The notes under the pieces were generated by a model. The model was not told the origin of the DNA, ran no database searches, and saw nothing but the letters and a program-made list of their open reading frames with translations. Below, piece by piece: positions 28,225 through 37,806 of a DNA stretch of 64,000 bases. Both the position numbers and the translations under genes were made by a program. The stretch spans positions 158,079 through 222,078 of IMG/VR virus record IMGVR_UViG_3300037042_002125; one strand, 5' to 3'. Positions within the stretch are counted from its first letter, which is position 1. Every line of letters starts with the position of its first letter.

Positions 28225-29025
28225 CTATACAGCATCTTTGCTTGTCTCATATCGACCCTCAAATGCCTTGAGAGAGTTTGCAAGGGCGATCTCGTAGTTG
28301 TCACTTAGCCACTGTTTGATCGTTGCCAGATCAGGCGGCGTGGTTTGTTTGTCCAACCAGGCAGTAAGGAAGTAGTTGTCTTGGTTAGCCCCATCCCACA
28401 GCTTGAGATACCGATCTACGGCATAGTACCCATACTTGAACGTACCTGCCTTGTACCCTTTGTCTTGGCGGAATTGATTCAGCAAAGCCTTTGCCATGTA
28501 GCGGGTGTAGAGGTTACGCAAGTCAAAGTCAATTGATCTTGAAAGGCTGAACAACAAAGACCAAGGGTTAAGGCCAAGCAACCCGTGTGCTTCCACGTAC
28601 TCACTTGCGCTGTTCAAATTCAGGCTAGCCATTAGCATCTTTGCCAAAGACAAAGTCTTAACTTTATCCACAGACAAATCTGCAGACATTTGAAGGCTTC
28701 GGTAGATGCTCTCAATTGCTTCATCGGCGTCTTGGCTATCAATCACTGATTGGCTGAGCATGAAGTGAACTGCGTCTACTATCTCCATTTTGCAGTTACC
28801 TAGGTCTTGCTTATCTCCTGACCACCACTCGTAGCCGTAGCTGTTAACGAACTCACCGATCTCTTGAGAGGCTGCTAGGCTGTAATCAAACTCCTGGGTG
28901 CGGCCTTTGTTAAGCCAATCCTCGTTGTAGGCTTTGGTGTTCAAAGCAATCTGGTTAAATACCATTTCACGTATCATCGAATACGCTGGTGAGGTTTTGA
29001 AATCTTCGCCGAAGAGGTTAACCAT
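28225..29025 (-). CDS. dut: dimeric (all-alpha) dUTPase
   Basis: EIGE..YEWW, MEIVDAVHF, YMAKALLNQFRQDKGY, W.G..DN; Campylobacter-type family. Confidence 0.85.
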   Translation of the reverse strand: MVNLFGEDFKTSPAYSMIREMVFNQIALNTKAYNEDWLNKGRTQEFDYSLAASQEIGEFVNSYGYEWWSGDKQDLGNCKMEIVDAVHFMLSQSVIDSQDADEAIESIYRSLQMSADLSVDKVKTLSLAKMLMASLNLNSASEYVEAHGLLGLNPWSLLFSLSRSIDFDLRNLYTRYMAKALLNQFRQDKGYKAGTFKYGYYAVDRYLKLWDGANQDNYFLTAWLDKQTTPPDLATIKQWLSDNYEIALANSLKAFEGRYETSKDAV

Positions 29026-29027
29026 GG

Positions 29028-29570
29028 TCAGTCCTTGTTGGTGTTTGAGATAAATGAGCTACGGCTCTTTGGAGTCTCCCACCAATCGACACGAGAGCAG
29101 GTAACCCCCAAAGCCTTCATCTTTATTGAGACTAAAGTGTGCATCCACTTTGCAAAATTCTCGCTCGTTGGTACAAAGTCTACAACTAGCATACCACCAT
29201 ACAGCTCTTGCAATAAAGGGGACATTGAATCGTTTTCAACAGTCCATGCTACCTCCACTCCTTCCAGCTCTACTGGTTGTAATCTAGATGTTTCTGGGAA
29301 TAGAATTAACCTTAGTGGATCATTTCTGTCAATGACAAACTTGTGATCAATAAAAGTATTTAGCCACTTCTTAAGCCACTCCAAGTGCCTAAAATCTGTA
29401 ACCATACCTCGCACCAACGTGTCTGAGCTTAAAAAGACTTGAACTTTTGCTTCATGGCCGTGCAGATGCCTACAGGCGCATTTCAAGTCTTCTGAAAATC
29501 TACCGTCTAATTCTTGACTCCAAACTCTATGGCCATAACAGAACTCAAAAGTCTTATCAATGTTGAACAT
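29028..29570 (-). CDS. queD: 6-carboxytetrahydropterin synthase
   Basis: FCYGHR, CRHLHGH, GMVTDF, DHKF, PTSEN, WETPKS. Confidence 0.92.
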   Translation of the reverse strand: MFNIDKTFEFCYGHRVWSQELDGRFSEDLKCACRHLHGHEAKVQVFLSSDTLVRGMVTDFRHLEWLKKWLNTFIDHKFVIDRNDPLRLILFPETSRLQPVELEGVEVAWTVENDSMSPLLQELYGGMLVVDFVPTSENFAKWMHTLVSIKMKALGVTCSRVDWWETPKSRSSFISNTNKD

Positions 29571-29592
29571 GGTTTCTTCCTTTATATCAATG

Positions 29593-29606
29593 TAATTTTA
29601 TTTACA
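29593..29606. promoter_or_regulatory. overlapping divergent motifs: TAATTTTAT (+, endonuclease) and TGTAAATA (-, queD)
   Basis: TAATTTTATTTACA contains both motifs back to back. Confidence 0.5.
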
Positions 29607-29632
29607 CTCTAAGTTACTACATGGTGTAAACT

Positions 29633-30613
29633 ATGAACCTAAATACCGCAGTAAAAAAATTCCTATCTTATGCAGATAAAAATGGCATACGTAGACTTTA
29701 TGAAGTCCTACCTGGTTGGTTGAAAGCTAATTACCCGTCTGTTTATTTCTCTACTCCTGAGTTCAAATTGTTAGAACACCTGCCACACAAGAACGATCAC
29801 GCATACAGGGATATGTCTAAAAAAGACAAGGCTAAAGTAAAGGCCTCACGTACACAACTATATAATGCTATTGCTAAACAGGCTTTGAAAATCCGACATT
29901 GCTACGGTTGTGGAGTCGAACTTACCTATAATTTAACAGGTAGTGTCCCGTGTTCTTTACGGTATGTAAGGACTACACGAAGGTCCTGTTCTATGAAATG
30001 CAGTTCAAATTCCAAAGAAACAAGAGACAAAACCTCCGCAACCAACCTTGCAAAATATGGTAATAAGTGTTCCTTAAACGGGAAAGATCAGATAAAGGCA
30101 AAAAAGGCAACCTGGAAGAAAAATCTAGGTGTATCCAACCCTTCACAAAGTCCTGCCACTGTTAGTAAGATACTAGAGGCTAGGTACGGGCGAAAAACAA
30201 TTGATTTAGCTGGAAAGAAATTTTCATACCAAGGCTACGAGAACGTTCTTCTAAAACACTTATTTCACCTAGGCATAACTGCAAACAATGTATCAACCAA
30301 AGCGTCCGTAATAGGTATGTTTGATTACAAGTATTTTGGCAAGATATTCAAGTACCTTCCAGACATAAAAGCAAAAACGTCATCTGGAAAAATTTGGTAC
30401 TTTGAAGTAAAATCTACTTATACTTTGTGTGGAAGTACTTCTATGCAGAAGCAACTGTGGTATAAAGCTAAATCTATGTTGGAGGTACACAAAAAGAACT
30501 TCCGCGTAGTTCTGTGTTCTAGAAACGAGATTCTTATGAAGGCTGACAACCTAGATGAACTGACTGCAATTATAACCTACGTTAAGAAAAAAGGGAAAAC
30601 TATTCCTAGGTGA
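29633..30613 (+). mobile_element. free-standing putative homing endonuclease (PD-(D/E)XK, Zn-binding and TNL.KYG DNA-binding module), antisense to the operon
   Basis: CYGC..CSMKC, TNLAKYG..NPSQ, YLPDI...FEVKS; AT-rich; inserted into the que operon. Confidence 0.75.
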
Positions 30614-30713
30614 CCAACCCATGTAGTAGATTGCAATGTGAGTCTGCTCGCCATTGCCTAAAGGCACAGGAGAAACCAGCTTCGTGTCCGTAACGTTTTG
30701 TTGATTGAAACAT
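30606..30713 (-). pseudogene. queD: 5' remnant of a second, different QueD/PTPS-family gene
   Basis: MFQSTKRYGHEAGFSCAFRQWRADSHCNLLHG then a stop; keeps its GGAAG RBS and upstream TGTAAATA. Confidence 0.75.
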
Positions 30714-30760
30714 TTTTACTTCCAGTAAAGTAGATTGGTGTAGTGTATTGCTAACACTTC

Positions 30761-30768
30761 TATTTACA
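30761..30768 (-). promoter_or_regulatory. TGTAAATA motif
   Basis: Upstream of the queD remnant. Confidence 0.55.
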
Positions 30769-30798
30769 ACTCGATCAAAAGACTTTTTACAAGGGAAG

Positions 30799-30904
30799 GG
30801 GTACACACAATCAGGAAACGCAGTCTTAGAAATGTGAGCGGAGTGGCCTAACGATCTGAATGACGGGACCGTCCTAAGTAATGCGACTGCTGTCGTGTGT
30901 ACCC
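30799..30904. ncRNA. putative structured non-coding RNA element (~106 nt)
   Basis: Nested stems GGGTACACAC/GTGTGTACCC, GCAGTC/GACTGC, CTTAG/CTAAG and GACG/CGTC in an intergenic gap. Confidence 0.45.
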
Positions 30905-30908
30905 AAAA

Positions 30909-31373
30909 CTATCTAAGAGGAACGCGGAGTTTCCCTTTAGACTTACTAGCGGTGGAAGATTGTGTTTCCACTTTTGTTTGCGTCTCAGTTGACGTAGATG
31001 TATTGTCCTGATTGCTTGGGGAGTTAGGCAATCTTCCTGAGTACGCATCAACTAATTTGTCAGCTACCTTAGCACCTGACCATATTGCCATGTACGCAAT
31101 GAAAATCCACGCATCAATCTTTCCTTTGTTGTTTACCAACATGTACATTATTGCCCACGTAGATACACCTAGGCATACAAAGATTGCAAGGCGAAAGGCA
31201 GAAGGTTTATTGAACTCATCGCGTAGCATGTCAGAGAAATCAAAATCATTGTCTGGGTTCTTCTGAGTCTTCCACAGGACCCAACCACCAAGAGAAAGAA
31301 TGACTAGCAATATGAGTGCTGGAAAATCTATGGTAGTCACCCACCATGTCTCAATTCCCTTCAGTGCGTCCAT
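30909..31373 (-). CDS. three-TM membrane protein (holin-like)
   Basis: Three hydrophobic helices and a polar/basic C-terminal tail. Confidence 0.65.
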   Translation of the reverse strand: MDALKGIETWWVTTIDFPALILLVILSLGGWVLWKTQKNPDNDFDFSDMLRDEFNKPSAFRLAIFVCLGVSTWAIMYMLVNNKGKIDAWIFIAYMAIWSGAKVADKLVDAYSGRLPNSPSNQDNTSTSTETQTKVETQSSTASKSKGKLRVPLR

Positions 31374-31385
31374 AGCAATCCCTTC

Positions 31386-31961
31386 TTAAGTTCTTGATCG
31401 GTAAGTCTTACGCTTACTCTTACGCCTACGTCGAAATTTAGGTCGTTTGGGTTGGGGTTTGGGTTTCAACTCTGGTGCCCCTGGTAGGTACACCCTCTGC
31501 CTAGCTCGTGTCGTTCTCTTGGACAGTTCGCCTGCTCTCCAAGCAAGACGCGCCAGTATGCTCATCCTTATATCAGGTTCAACAGGGACAATCTTTGCCT
31601 TCTTGACAACACGCATCAGGCCGTATTCACTTAAGACAAGCACACCTACTCGACTAGGTATGCGAGACATCAGCTCTTTATCCTTGTTGATCTTTCGAGC
31701 TACATCGACTGTGAATGCCAAGTACACACGATCTGCAAATTTCAAATACTCATGCCACTTAGAATCAGATCGGAAATCAGCTACACTTGATTTAACCTCT
31801 ATGAGGACCAAGTCTCCTGATATCTTGTTGCCAATTACGTCTGCCCGACGGGTTCCCCACGATTGCAAACCAACCTCATAGGCCATTGAATAGCGGTACC
31901 TAAAGAACATAAAAGCAGACGCTTTTTTAAGTGCGTCTGCTACTTCACGTCTAGTAGCCAT
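31386..31961 (-). CDS. mmcB: MmcB-family PD-(D/E)XK nuclease
   Basis: RRADVI..IEVKSSVADFRSDSKWHEYLKFADRVY. Confidence 0.85.
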   Translation of the reverse strand: MATRREVADALKKASAFMFFRYRYSMAYEVGLQSWGTRRADVIGNKISGDLVLIEVKSSVADFRSDSKWHEYLKFADRVYLAFTVDVARKINKDKELMSRIPSRVGVLVLSEYGLMRVVKKAKIVPVEPDIRMSILARLAWRAGELSKRTTRARQRVYLPGAPELKPKPQPKRPKFRRRRKSKRKTYRSRT

Positions 31962-32013
31962 TGTAGGCTGTGCCTTTGTTGTTATTGATGTAGGTTGTGG
32001 GTTTGTGTATGCG

Positions 32014-32667
32014 TTAGGCGACAGGTGTCACTATGTTGGAGGCCTTGAGAGCACTTGTGCCGTATGCGTTAACTGCCCACACAACGCATCGTATGTCTTG
32101 ACCAACGTCACCAATCAACAAAGTGTAGGTGTTTGTAGCTTCCCCAGATATTACCACATTGTTTTTATACCACTGGTAGACGTAAGAAGTAGGAACAACA
32201 TTCCATGTTCCGGTATCACAAGTCAGAAGATTTCCAGTGGTCTCAATTCCTGTAACTACAGGGGCGACCGTATTGATCGGCACCATGTTGGCAACACCAA
32301 CACCAAAGGAATACGAGAGACCTTCGATTATTGCACCATTGGATTGATGCACGTAGTTGGCTAGGCCAGAAGAAGAGCCAATCCAAGAACTAGGAAGCGC
32401 ATCACTCACCTTGACAAACTCAGCGAATCCCTGGTAAGCCTTAAGGCGCACATCTTCATGATTCCACACAGAAGCCATGAACTCTTGATTTACTGGACGA
32501 ATTAGAGAAGGGGTTGGGATCCACAGTTCAATAGCCACGTCGCCTGCAACCAGAGTGTATTTAATTTCAGCCCCGGTGAAGGTGATGTTTGCGCCTAGGT
32601 TATACAGGCCAAGAATTTGTTTGGTTTCACGAGCAATTATTGGCAGGTAATACTGGATGGTTGACAT
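32014..32667 (-). CDS. virion protein with C-terminal Ig-like domain
   Basis: PINTVAPVVTG..GNLLTC.TGTW..YQWY..GEATNTYTL..DVG..IRC; preceded by TAATTTTAT. Confidence 0.75.
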   Translation of the reverse strand: MSTIQYYLPIIARETKQILGLYNLGANITFTGAEIKYTLVAGDVAIELWIPTPSLIRPVNQEFMASVWNHEDVRLKAYQGFAEFVKVSDALPSSWIGSSSGLANYVHQSNGAIIEGLSYSFGVGVANMVPINTVAPVVTGIETTGNLLTCDTGTWNVVPTSYVYQWYKNNVVISGEATNTYTLLIGDVGQDIRCVVWAVNAYGTSALKASNIVTPVA

Positions 32668-32716
32668 TGTGCGTCCTCTTAAGGGTGATGGATTACGGTC
32701 TTGTTTCCGCGTCAAA

Positions 32717-32725
32717 ATAAAATTA
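32717..32725 (-). promoter_or_regulatory. TAATTTHAT motif
   Basis: TAATTTTAT overlapping the upstream stop, before the Ig-domain gene. Confidence 0.5.
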
Positions 32726-33463
32726 CTTTGTAGCTATAAGGTATCGAAGGTCGAAGGCAGATATTTTATATTTCTTGGCAGCCTTGGTTGGTGTGAGTTT
32801 GTTCTGTTTAACCTGTCTTATTGCTACTCTTAGGTTATCTACTGACGGTTGACATAGCATGGCACGTAGGTTGTCTACAATTGCAGGCTTTATTTCCTTC
32901 TGTAACCTACTTTCAATCTTTGACAAAGGCGCGGCTGTAAGTAGCCACGTCTTAATCAATCTAGAAACTATGTCTCGCTTATCAACCTCTTTTATCTTGT
33001 ACAAGAAGGTTTGTATCTTTGACAGATCTGACTGTTCATACTTCTTTAGGATCTCCTTTATTGGCTGATACTTGTGATCAGAAAATAAGAGTTGCTCTTC
33101 TTTGTTTGCGTTTTCAATTAACAGTGATCTAAGAACACCTTCTGTGATATGAGAAAACTCTAATCCCGTTGTTGCTGCTTCTGCTCCCAGTAACGGCACC
33201 TTTAGATTACGAGTCAATACAACAGGGTTATCAACTACAAATGCGACGACCTTAGCAATCTTGAAACGGCCTTGCGTCCTTAGTAAGCAGGTACTTGAAG
33301 TAAAAATAACTGGAAATATTGGCTGCGGTTTAAGGCGTCCTTCTAGGATAACCTTCCTAAAAGAATTCTGCTTGACAATACCGTAGTCAACTTTCAACTT
33401 GCCTAGCATAAGGGCCAACTCGATACCTGTTATGCCAGGAACACCATAAGCTGCTACTATCAT
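32723..33463 (-). CDS. hypothetical protein in the replication operon
   Basis: 246 aa, ATGA-coupled to sbcC; possible C-terminal HTH. Confidence 0.6.
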   Translation of the reverse strand: MIVAAYGVPGITGIELALMLGKLKVDYGIVKQNSFRKVILEGRLKPQPIFPVIFTSSTCLLRTQGRFKIAKVVAFVVDNPVVLTRNLKVPLLGAEAATTGLEFSHITEGVLRSLLIENANKEEQLLFSDHKYQPIKEILKKYEQSDLSKIQTFLYKIKEVDKRDIVSRLIKTWLLTAAPLSKIESRLQKEIKPAIVDNLRAMLCQPSVDNLRVAIRQVKQNKLTPTKAAKKYKISAFDLRYLIATK

Positions 33464-35682
33464 TTTGCTCCTGCCTTTCCAGGGACAAGTGTAGACACAC
33501 CACCCTTCTTGACAACTGTGAAGACTCTGCTACCTTCAATCTCTAGTTCTGGCCTAGGTGTGATGACCACAATGTGGGGTATCACTTTGTTAAGCACAGG
33601 CAAGGCCCTGACAAAGGTAGCGACAGCTTCTGGGCCCATGTTAGCCTCGGGCTCATCTAAGATCAAGAAGTTACTACGTTTATTCTTTGGCAGCAAGCTA
33701 ATTGATGCAACAACTAACACCAATGTCAACATACGTTTCTCGGCCCCCGACAGGCGCTTAACATCAGTGGTGATTACCTTCTTACCTTTCTTGCGATTGG
33801 CAAGTACATCTAGCTTTGATCCATACGAGAACTCGAATTGGATATCCTCTGCAAAGAACAGTCGTACAAATTTGTTTACCTGCTGCTGGAGTAACGACGC
33901 GTACCTTTGGATCAAGATTTTCTTCAAGCCCTTTTTGGAGTAGGCATCGATTAGAGCCTTCAACACCGGCTCGTCTTCTGCCTGCTTTTCCAAGACTTTA
34001 CCACGAGTAGCAAGCTGCTTGAGTTGTTTAGATGCCTCTATACCAGCTGTAACTTCTGCCGTGAGGTTGTTCAGCTTGTTGCTTATCTTGCCCAAGTCAT
34101 CTGTTATAGTGTCGAGCTCTTTTGCCTTTGCTCTCTGCTCATCTGTGACTTTAGACAGCTCGCGTATTTGTTCAATTACATCTTTGAACCGATCAAGCTC
34201 AGATTTTTTCTCCATCCACTTTTCAAGCTTTGCCTCAATGTCAGCAAGATCAAGTTTATCACCTTCAGGCTTGACAGGCTTCTTAGGCAACTGCTTGATA
34301 AGCTCGTACGCCTCCGCATAGTTCTGTATTGCCTCAAGGCGTCCAATCGCATCTTCTAACTGCGCTTCTAACTCCGCCTTGAGCGTCTTGTTTTTCTTGT
34401 AGGTGTCGTAATCTTTCTTGTACTCAGCATAGGCTTGACAAGCATACGCAGTCTCTCTTGCTCTCTGCATATCAGATTTTATTGCACCAAGTTCTCGGCT
34501 CTCGTGCGGTGCGCCGCACGTTGGACATTTACCGCCTTGGAAAGACTTGGCGTGATCTAACTCTTCCTTTATACTAAACACTCTTGCGTTAGCCTTCTCA
34601 AGAGACATCTTAGGCTCGTCAACAGGCTTTGGCTTTTTTACCACTCTTGTAGTGTAGGCCAACCTTAGAGTCTTATACTCTTCATCTATAAGCAGGTACT
34701 TGGCAGCCTTAGATTTTACTTTGTCTATCTTATAAGAAGGACCGACCAACTCTTCTATTTTAGCCGCCAACGGCTCGTATGCCTTTAGGTAGACCTTGCG
34801 AAGACGTCTATATGTCTCCCATTCTTGGGCAGATTCTTTCTTTGCCCTTATGCTCTTGATCAGGTTCTTAGTGTTGAAAACTTCTGAGTCAAAAATAGCC
34901 AATGAGGTTGTAGCATTGAACTTAGATATCAGCTTCTTGTTCTGCTCCTCGAAACGAAGCAGGTCACGGACAACTTGATAAGTGTTAAGCTTAGCCAACA
35001 ACTTTTCTTGGCGCTCTTTGTAGATCCCAATCCGTTCTTGACGTTCTTCAATCTCAGCAGGCTTAAGGGCTTTACCTTTCAGATCATCGAACAAAGCCTT
35101 AACTTCTTTGTAGGTAGCACTAGCCTTCTGTGCCTCTCGTAGATCCGCCAAGAGCAGATGTCGTGTTGCGTCTACGTTCTCCAAATTGAACATGCGGACA
35201 AAGAAGTCCTGACGCACTGCTGCCTTGCCAACAATAAGCGGATGAGGGATTGTATTGTCTATGTAGCGTGTGGTATAGAAGTCTTCTTCTGACCCGCCTA
35301 GTAGTGCCTGCAATTTCGTTTCAGCATATCCAAGCTTGCGAACATTCAAGTCCTTCCCATTCTTGCAAACAACAAACTTCTTGCCTTTGCCATAGGTCTT
35401 GACGAATGTTAGGACGTCCCTGCCTTTATCTCCACCACGGAATTCTAAACCTATTTCTGTGTTGGTATGTTTGGTTTGATCTTTTCCACTAGGAGGACTG
35501 CCGAATCCTATTTCTGGAACAGATGTGAACAAGAGAGATTTTCCGCTCGCGTTGGTGTATGACGCCCCACCAGCATCTTTGTTAAGGCCAAAGACAGTTG
35601 TTAACCCTTTGTAAGCAAGGTCAAACTCTGCGCCTTTAGCAAACGTGCCATATCCCTTAACCCAGAATTTAGAGAGTATCAT
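33460..35682 (-). CDS. sbcC: SbcC/Rad50/gp46-like ATPase
   Basis: NASGKS, coiled coil with CPTC hook, LSGAE, ILDEPEANM. Confidence 0.92.
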   Translation of the reverse strand: MILSKFWVKGYGTFAKGAEFDLAYKGLTTVFGLNKDAGGASYTNASGKSLLFTSVPEIGFGSPPSGKDQTKHTNTEIGLEFRGGDKGRDVLTFVKTYGKGKKFVVCKNGKDLNVRKLGYAETKLQALLGGSEEDFYTTRYIDNTIPHPLIVGKAAVRQDFFVRMFNLENVDATRHLLLADLREAQKASATYKEVKALFDDLKGKALKPAEIEERQERIGIYKERQEKLLAKLNTYQVVRDLLRFEEQNKKLISKFNATTSLAIFDSEVFNTKNLIKSIRAKKESAQEWETYRRLRKVYLKAYEPLAAKIEELVGPSYKIDKVKSKAAKYLLIDEEYKTLRLAYTTRVVKKPKPVDEPKMSLEKANARVFSIKEELDHAKSFQGGKCPTCGAPHESRELGAIKSDMQRARETAYACQAYAEYKKDYDTYKKNKTLKAELEAQLEDAIGRLEAIQNYAEAYELIKQLPKKPVKPEGDKLDLADIEAKLEKWMEKKSELDRFKDVIEQIRELSKVTDEQRAKAKELDTITDDLGKISNKLNNLTAEVTAGIEASKQLKQLATRGKVLEKQAEDEPVLKALIDAYSKKGLKKILIQRYASLLQQQVNKFVRLFFAEDIQFEFSYGSKLDVLANRKKGKKVITTDVKRLSGAEKRMLTLVLVVASISLLPKNKRSNFLILDEPEANMGPEAVATFVRALPVLNKVIPHIVVITPRPELEIEGSRVFTVVKKGGVSTLVPGKAGAK

Positions 35683-35693
35683 GTTGCCTAAAG

Positions 35694-35702
35694 TAATTTA
35701 AT
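35694..35702 (+). promoter_or_regulatory. TAATTTHAT motif
   Basis: TAATTTAAT before the lone + strand ORF. Confidence 0.45.
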
Positions 35703-35747
35703 GTACTCTATTTAAAGAGCGTATTTATCCAACCCAAAGGACTTTGT

Positions 35748-36074
35748 ATGCCGTTCTATCTCGAAATCACTACCACCCGTCCAACTACCACCACATTATT
35801 CTTTTCACAATCAGGCGCTGCCGCAACTGCCTTGATAAAGAATCTGCCTTCGAATACGGCATCTTCTCCAGTTGCATCTCGGTCAAATCTGTCAGCCGAC
35901 AAGCTAGTTTCAACTGACCAGTTCAAATGGAATACCAAACTGGCCTATGACAAATACCTTGCGGAAAACGCAGAAGCATTGTCTGAACTGAACTCGGCTC
36001 GCTCGGCGCACAACGCAGCCAACAAAATTGTTCGCAAGGAACGAACGTTCAACGTTGACAAGGCATTGTTCTAA
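35748..36074 (+). CDS. hypothetical protein in opposite orientation to its neighbours
   Basis: 108 aa, AAAGGA RBS, own promoter motif. Confidence 0.6.
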   Translation: MPFYLEITTTRPTTTTLFFSQSGAAATALIKNLPSNTASSPVASRSNLSADKLVSTDQFKWNTKLAYDKYLAENAEALSELNSARSAHNAANKIVRKERTFNVDKALF

Positions 36075-37171
36075 GACTTCGCATACAGAGGTTTGAGTTC
36101 CTTAGTTGCGTTGAATAAACAAGCGGAGGTGAGCACCGTTTCGGGTAGCAAGAACCCTCCGCTCTTCAACCTCAGATCAACCAGATGGTTTTGAACGATT
36201 GCGTAAGCTGTAAGCAAGGTTGACTCTTCAATCTTGCCATACTCTTTAACACCTTTTGACACGTCTTTGTTAACCTGGGACCACCACACTGATTTATGTG
36301 AGTCGCCCTTCAACACCTTTGAGTTCATCAAGAAGCTATTAAGACGGATTAGAGAACCTATGAGCTTGAACGGATCTTGCACATCCAACAGATCACGTTG
36401 CACAGTCCTGAACTTGTTTGCATACACCGCTGTCAATATGCGTACTGCCAACTGGTCGTCCAAAGATTCCGCAGTAGCAAGAGCTTCGTTTATGTCCTTA
36501 GCTGTCACTTTCTTTGACCCAGAACCTGCAACCGATTGGCTCAGAGCCTCTAACAGATTAGCGGCGGATCGTAACTCACCGTTAGAGTTCTCTGCGATAG
36601 TACCTGCTATGTCTTCTGTAACATATCTCATATCCTCACCTTTAGCTATACGCCTGATGAATTTGACGATATGAGCCTTCTCTGGCACTTGCAGAACAAA
36701 CTGAGAGCACCTGTTCTTCATAGCTTGCAACATCTTCTCTGGTTCCATAGAACACAAGATGAACAACGTTGTAGGTGGCGGGTCTTCCAAAGGCTTCAAC
36801 AGCAACTGAGCAGAAGGCCCTGTTAGTTGTTGGCATTCGTCAACAAGGATAACCCTACGTGGTGCTATGCGAGGTTTAAGCTTGCTGATCTTCAAAAGGT
36901 CTCGCAAGTCATCAATACCTCTTGAGTCTGCCGCATTTATCTCATGGTAATCCTGAGACCCAGACAAATCCTTTACACCAAACAACTCAGCAGTGAAGGC
37001 CCGTGCCAGCGTAGTTTTACCTGCGCTAGATGGGCCTACAAACAACAGGGCGTTAGGAACTTTTTTGCTTTTTACAATTCCAGTAAGCCGCTCTACGATC
37101 TTCTCTTGACCTATCACCTTGTCCAAGGTACGCGGACGATATTTTGTATGGAATGGCTGGTTGCTGCTCAT
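36071..37171 (-). CDS. clamp-loader AAA+ ATPase (DnaX/RFC-like)
   Basis: KYRPRTLDKVIGQE, GPSSAGKTT, EINAADSRGIDD, VDECQQL, LLKPLEDPP, NRC. Confidence 0.93.
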   Translation of the reverse strand: MSSNQPFHTKYRPRTLDKVIGQEKIVERLTGIVKSKKVPNALLFVGPSSAGKTTLARAFTAELFGVKDLSGSQDYHEINAADSRGIDDLRDLLKISKLKPRIAPRRVILVDECQQLTGPSAQLLLKPLEDPPPTTLFILCSMEPEKMLQAMKNRCSQFVLQVPEKAHIVKFIRRIAKGEDMRYVTEDIAGTIAENSNGELRSAANLLEALSQSVAGSGSKKVTAKDINEALATAESLDDQLAVRILTAVYANKFRTVQRDLLDVQDPFKLIGSLIRLNSFLMNSKVLKGDSHKSVWWSQVNKDVSKGVKEYGKIEESTLLTAYAIVQNHLVDLRLKSGGFLLPETVLTSACLFNATKELKPLYAKS

Positions 37172-37806
37172 AGTGGTTTTCTTATTAAGAGGTTCCTGTT
37201 GGTAGGTAAAACTTCAGCATGAGGACCTAAGTTATTAGCCATCATAAATTCATTTACAGCTCGCATTAGTCCTTCGAATTGATGCTCGTAGTCGTCAATG
37301 ATGAACACACCACCTGGTTTGAGGTTAGGCCACCAATGAATCAAATCGTCCCTAACACCTTCATACGTGTGGTTGGCGTCGTGGTAGATGAAATCAATAT
37401 TCGGTAGGTCAACATTAGGTTGTGACGTCCTTCCTTTTCTTGGACATAGGTTAGGTATATCCTTTGTCCACAGTGTCCACATATTCACGTAGTCTAAACT
37501 ACTCAGCATGTTCTCTGGTTGTTTGATCCTGCTATTTAATATCACAGACTCACGTTCACCACAAGTGTTTGGATCGTAAATTCCTCGAGGATGATTCTTC
37601 AAATGTATGTCAGTCCAGATGTCAATAGTGACAAGCTTTACTGACTCCTTTTTATTCCACCCAAGAGAATAAGTGCTACGGCCAAACAGAGCACCTAGCT
37701 CTACTATAAGACCATTCTCTGGAACTGCCGCAGCGTGTTCCGCAATGATGTTTAAGATTGGCAACCCATTCCAGCCAGGTATGTGGGGGTTAATTTTCCA
37801 AGTCAT
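37168..37806 (-). CDS. class I SAM-dependent methyltransferase (Methyltransf_24-like)
   Basis: VELGALFGRST, DFIYHDANHTYE, LKPGGVFIIDDY. Confidence 0.85.
   Translation of the reverse strand: MTWKINPHIPGWNGLPILNIIAEHAAAVPENGLIVELGALFGRSTYSLGWNKKESVKLVTIDIWTDIHLKNHPRGIYDPNTCGERESVILNSRIKQPENMLSSLDYVNMWTLWTKDIPNLCPRKGRTSQPNVDLPNIDFIYHDANHTYEGVRDDLIHWWPNLKPGGVFIIDDYEHQFEGLMRAVNEFMMANNLGPHAEVLPTNRNLLIRKPL

Noticed and set aside
29571-30617. Group I intron splitting queD
   Set aside because: The interval is almost fully occupied by the antisense ORF, no P/Q/R/S core is visible, and the downstream queD has its own complete N-terminus, RBS and promoter motif.
30799-30904. tRNA, hammerhead ribozyme or preQ1 riboswitch
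   Set aside because: No T-arm or CCA; CTGAATGA and GAAAC are not in hammerhead geometry; the element lies upstream of the que promoter motif and lacks a recognisable preQ1 core.
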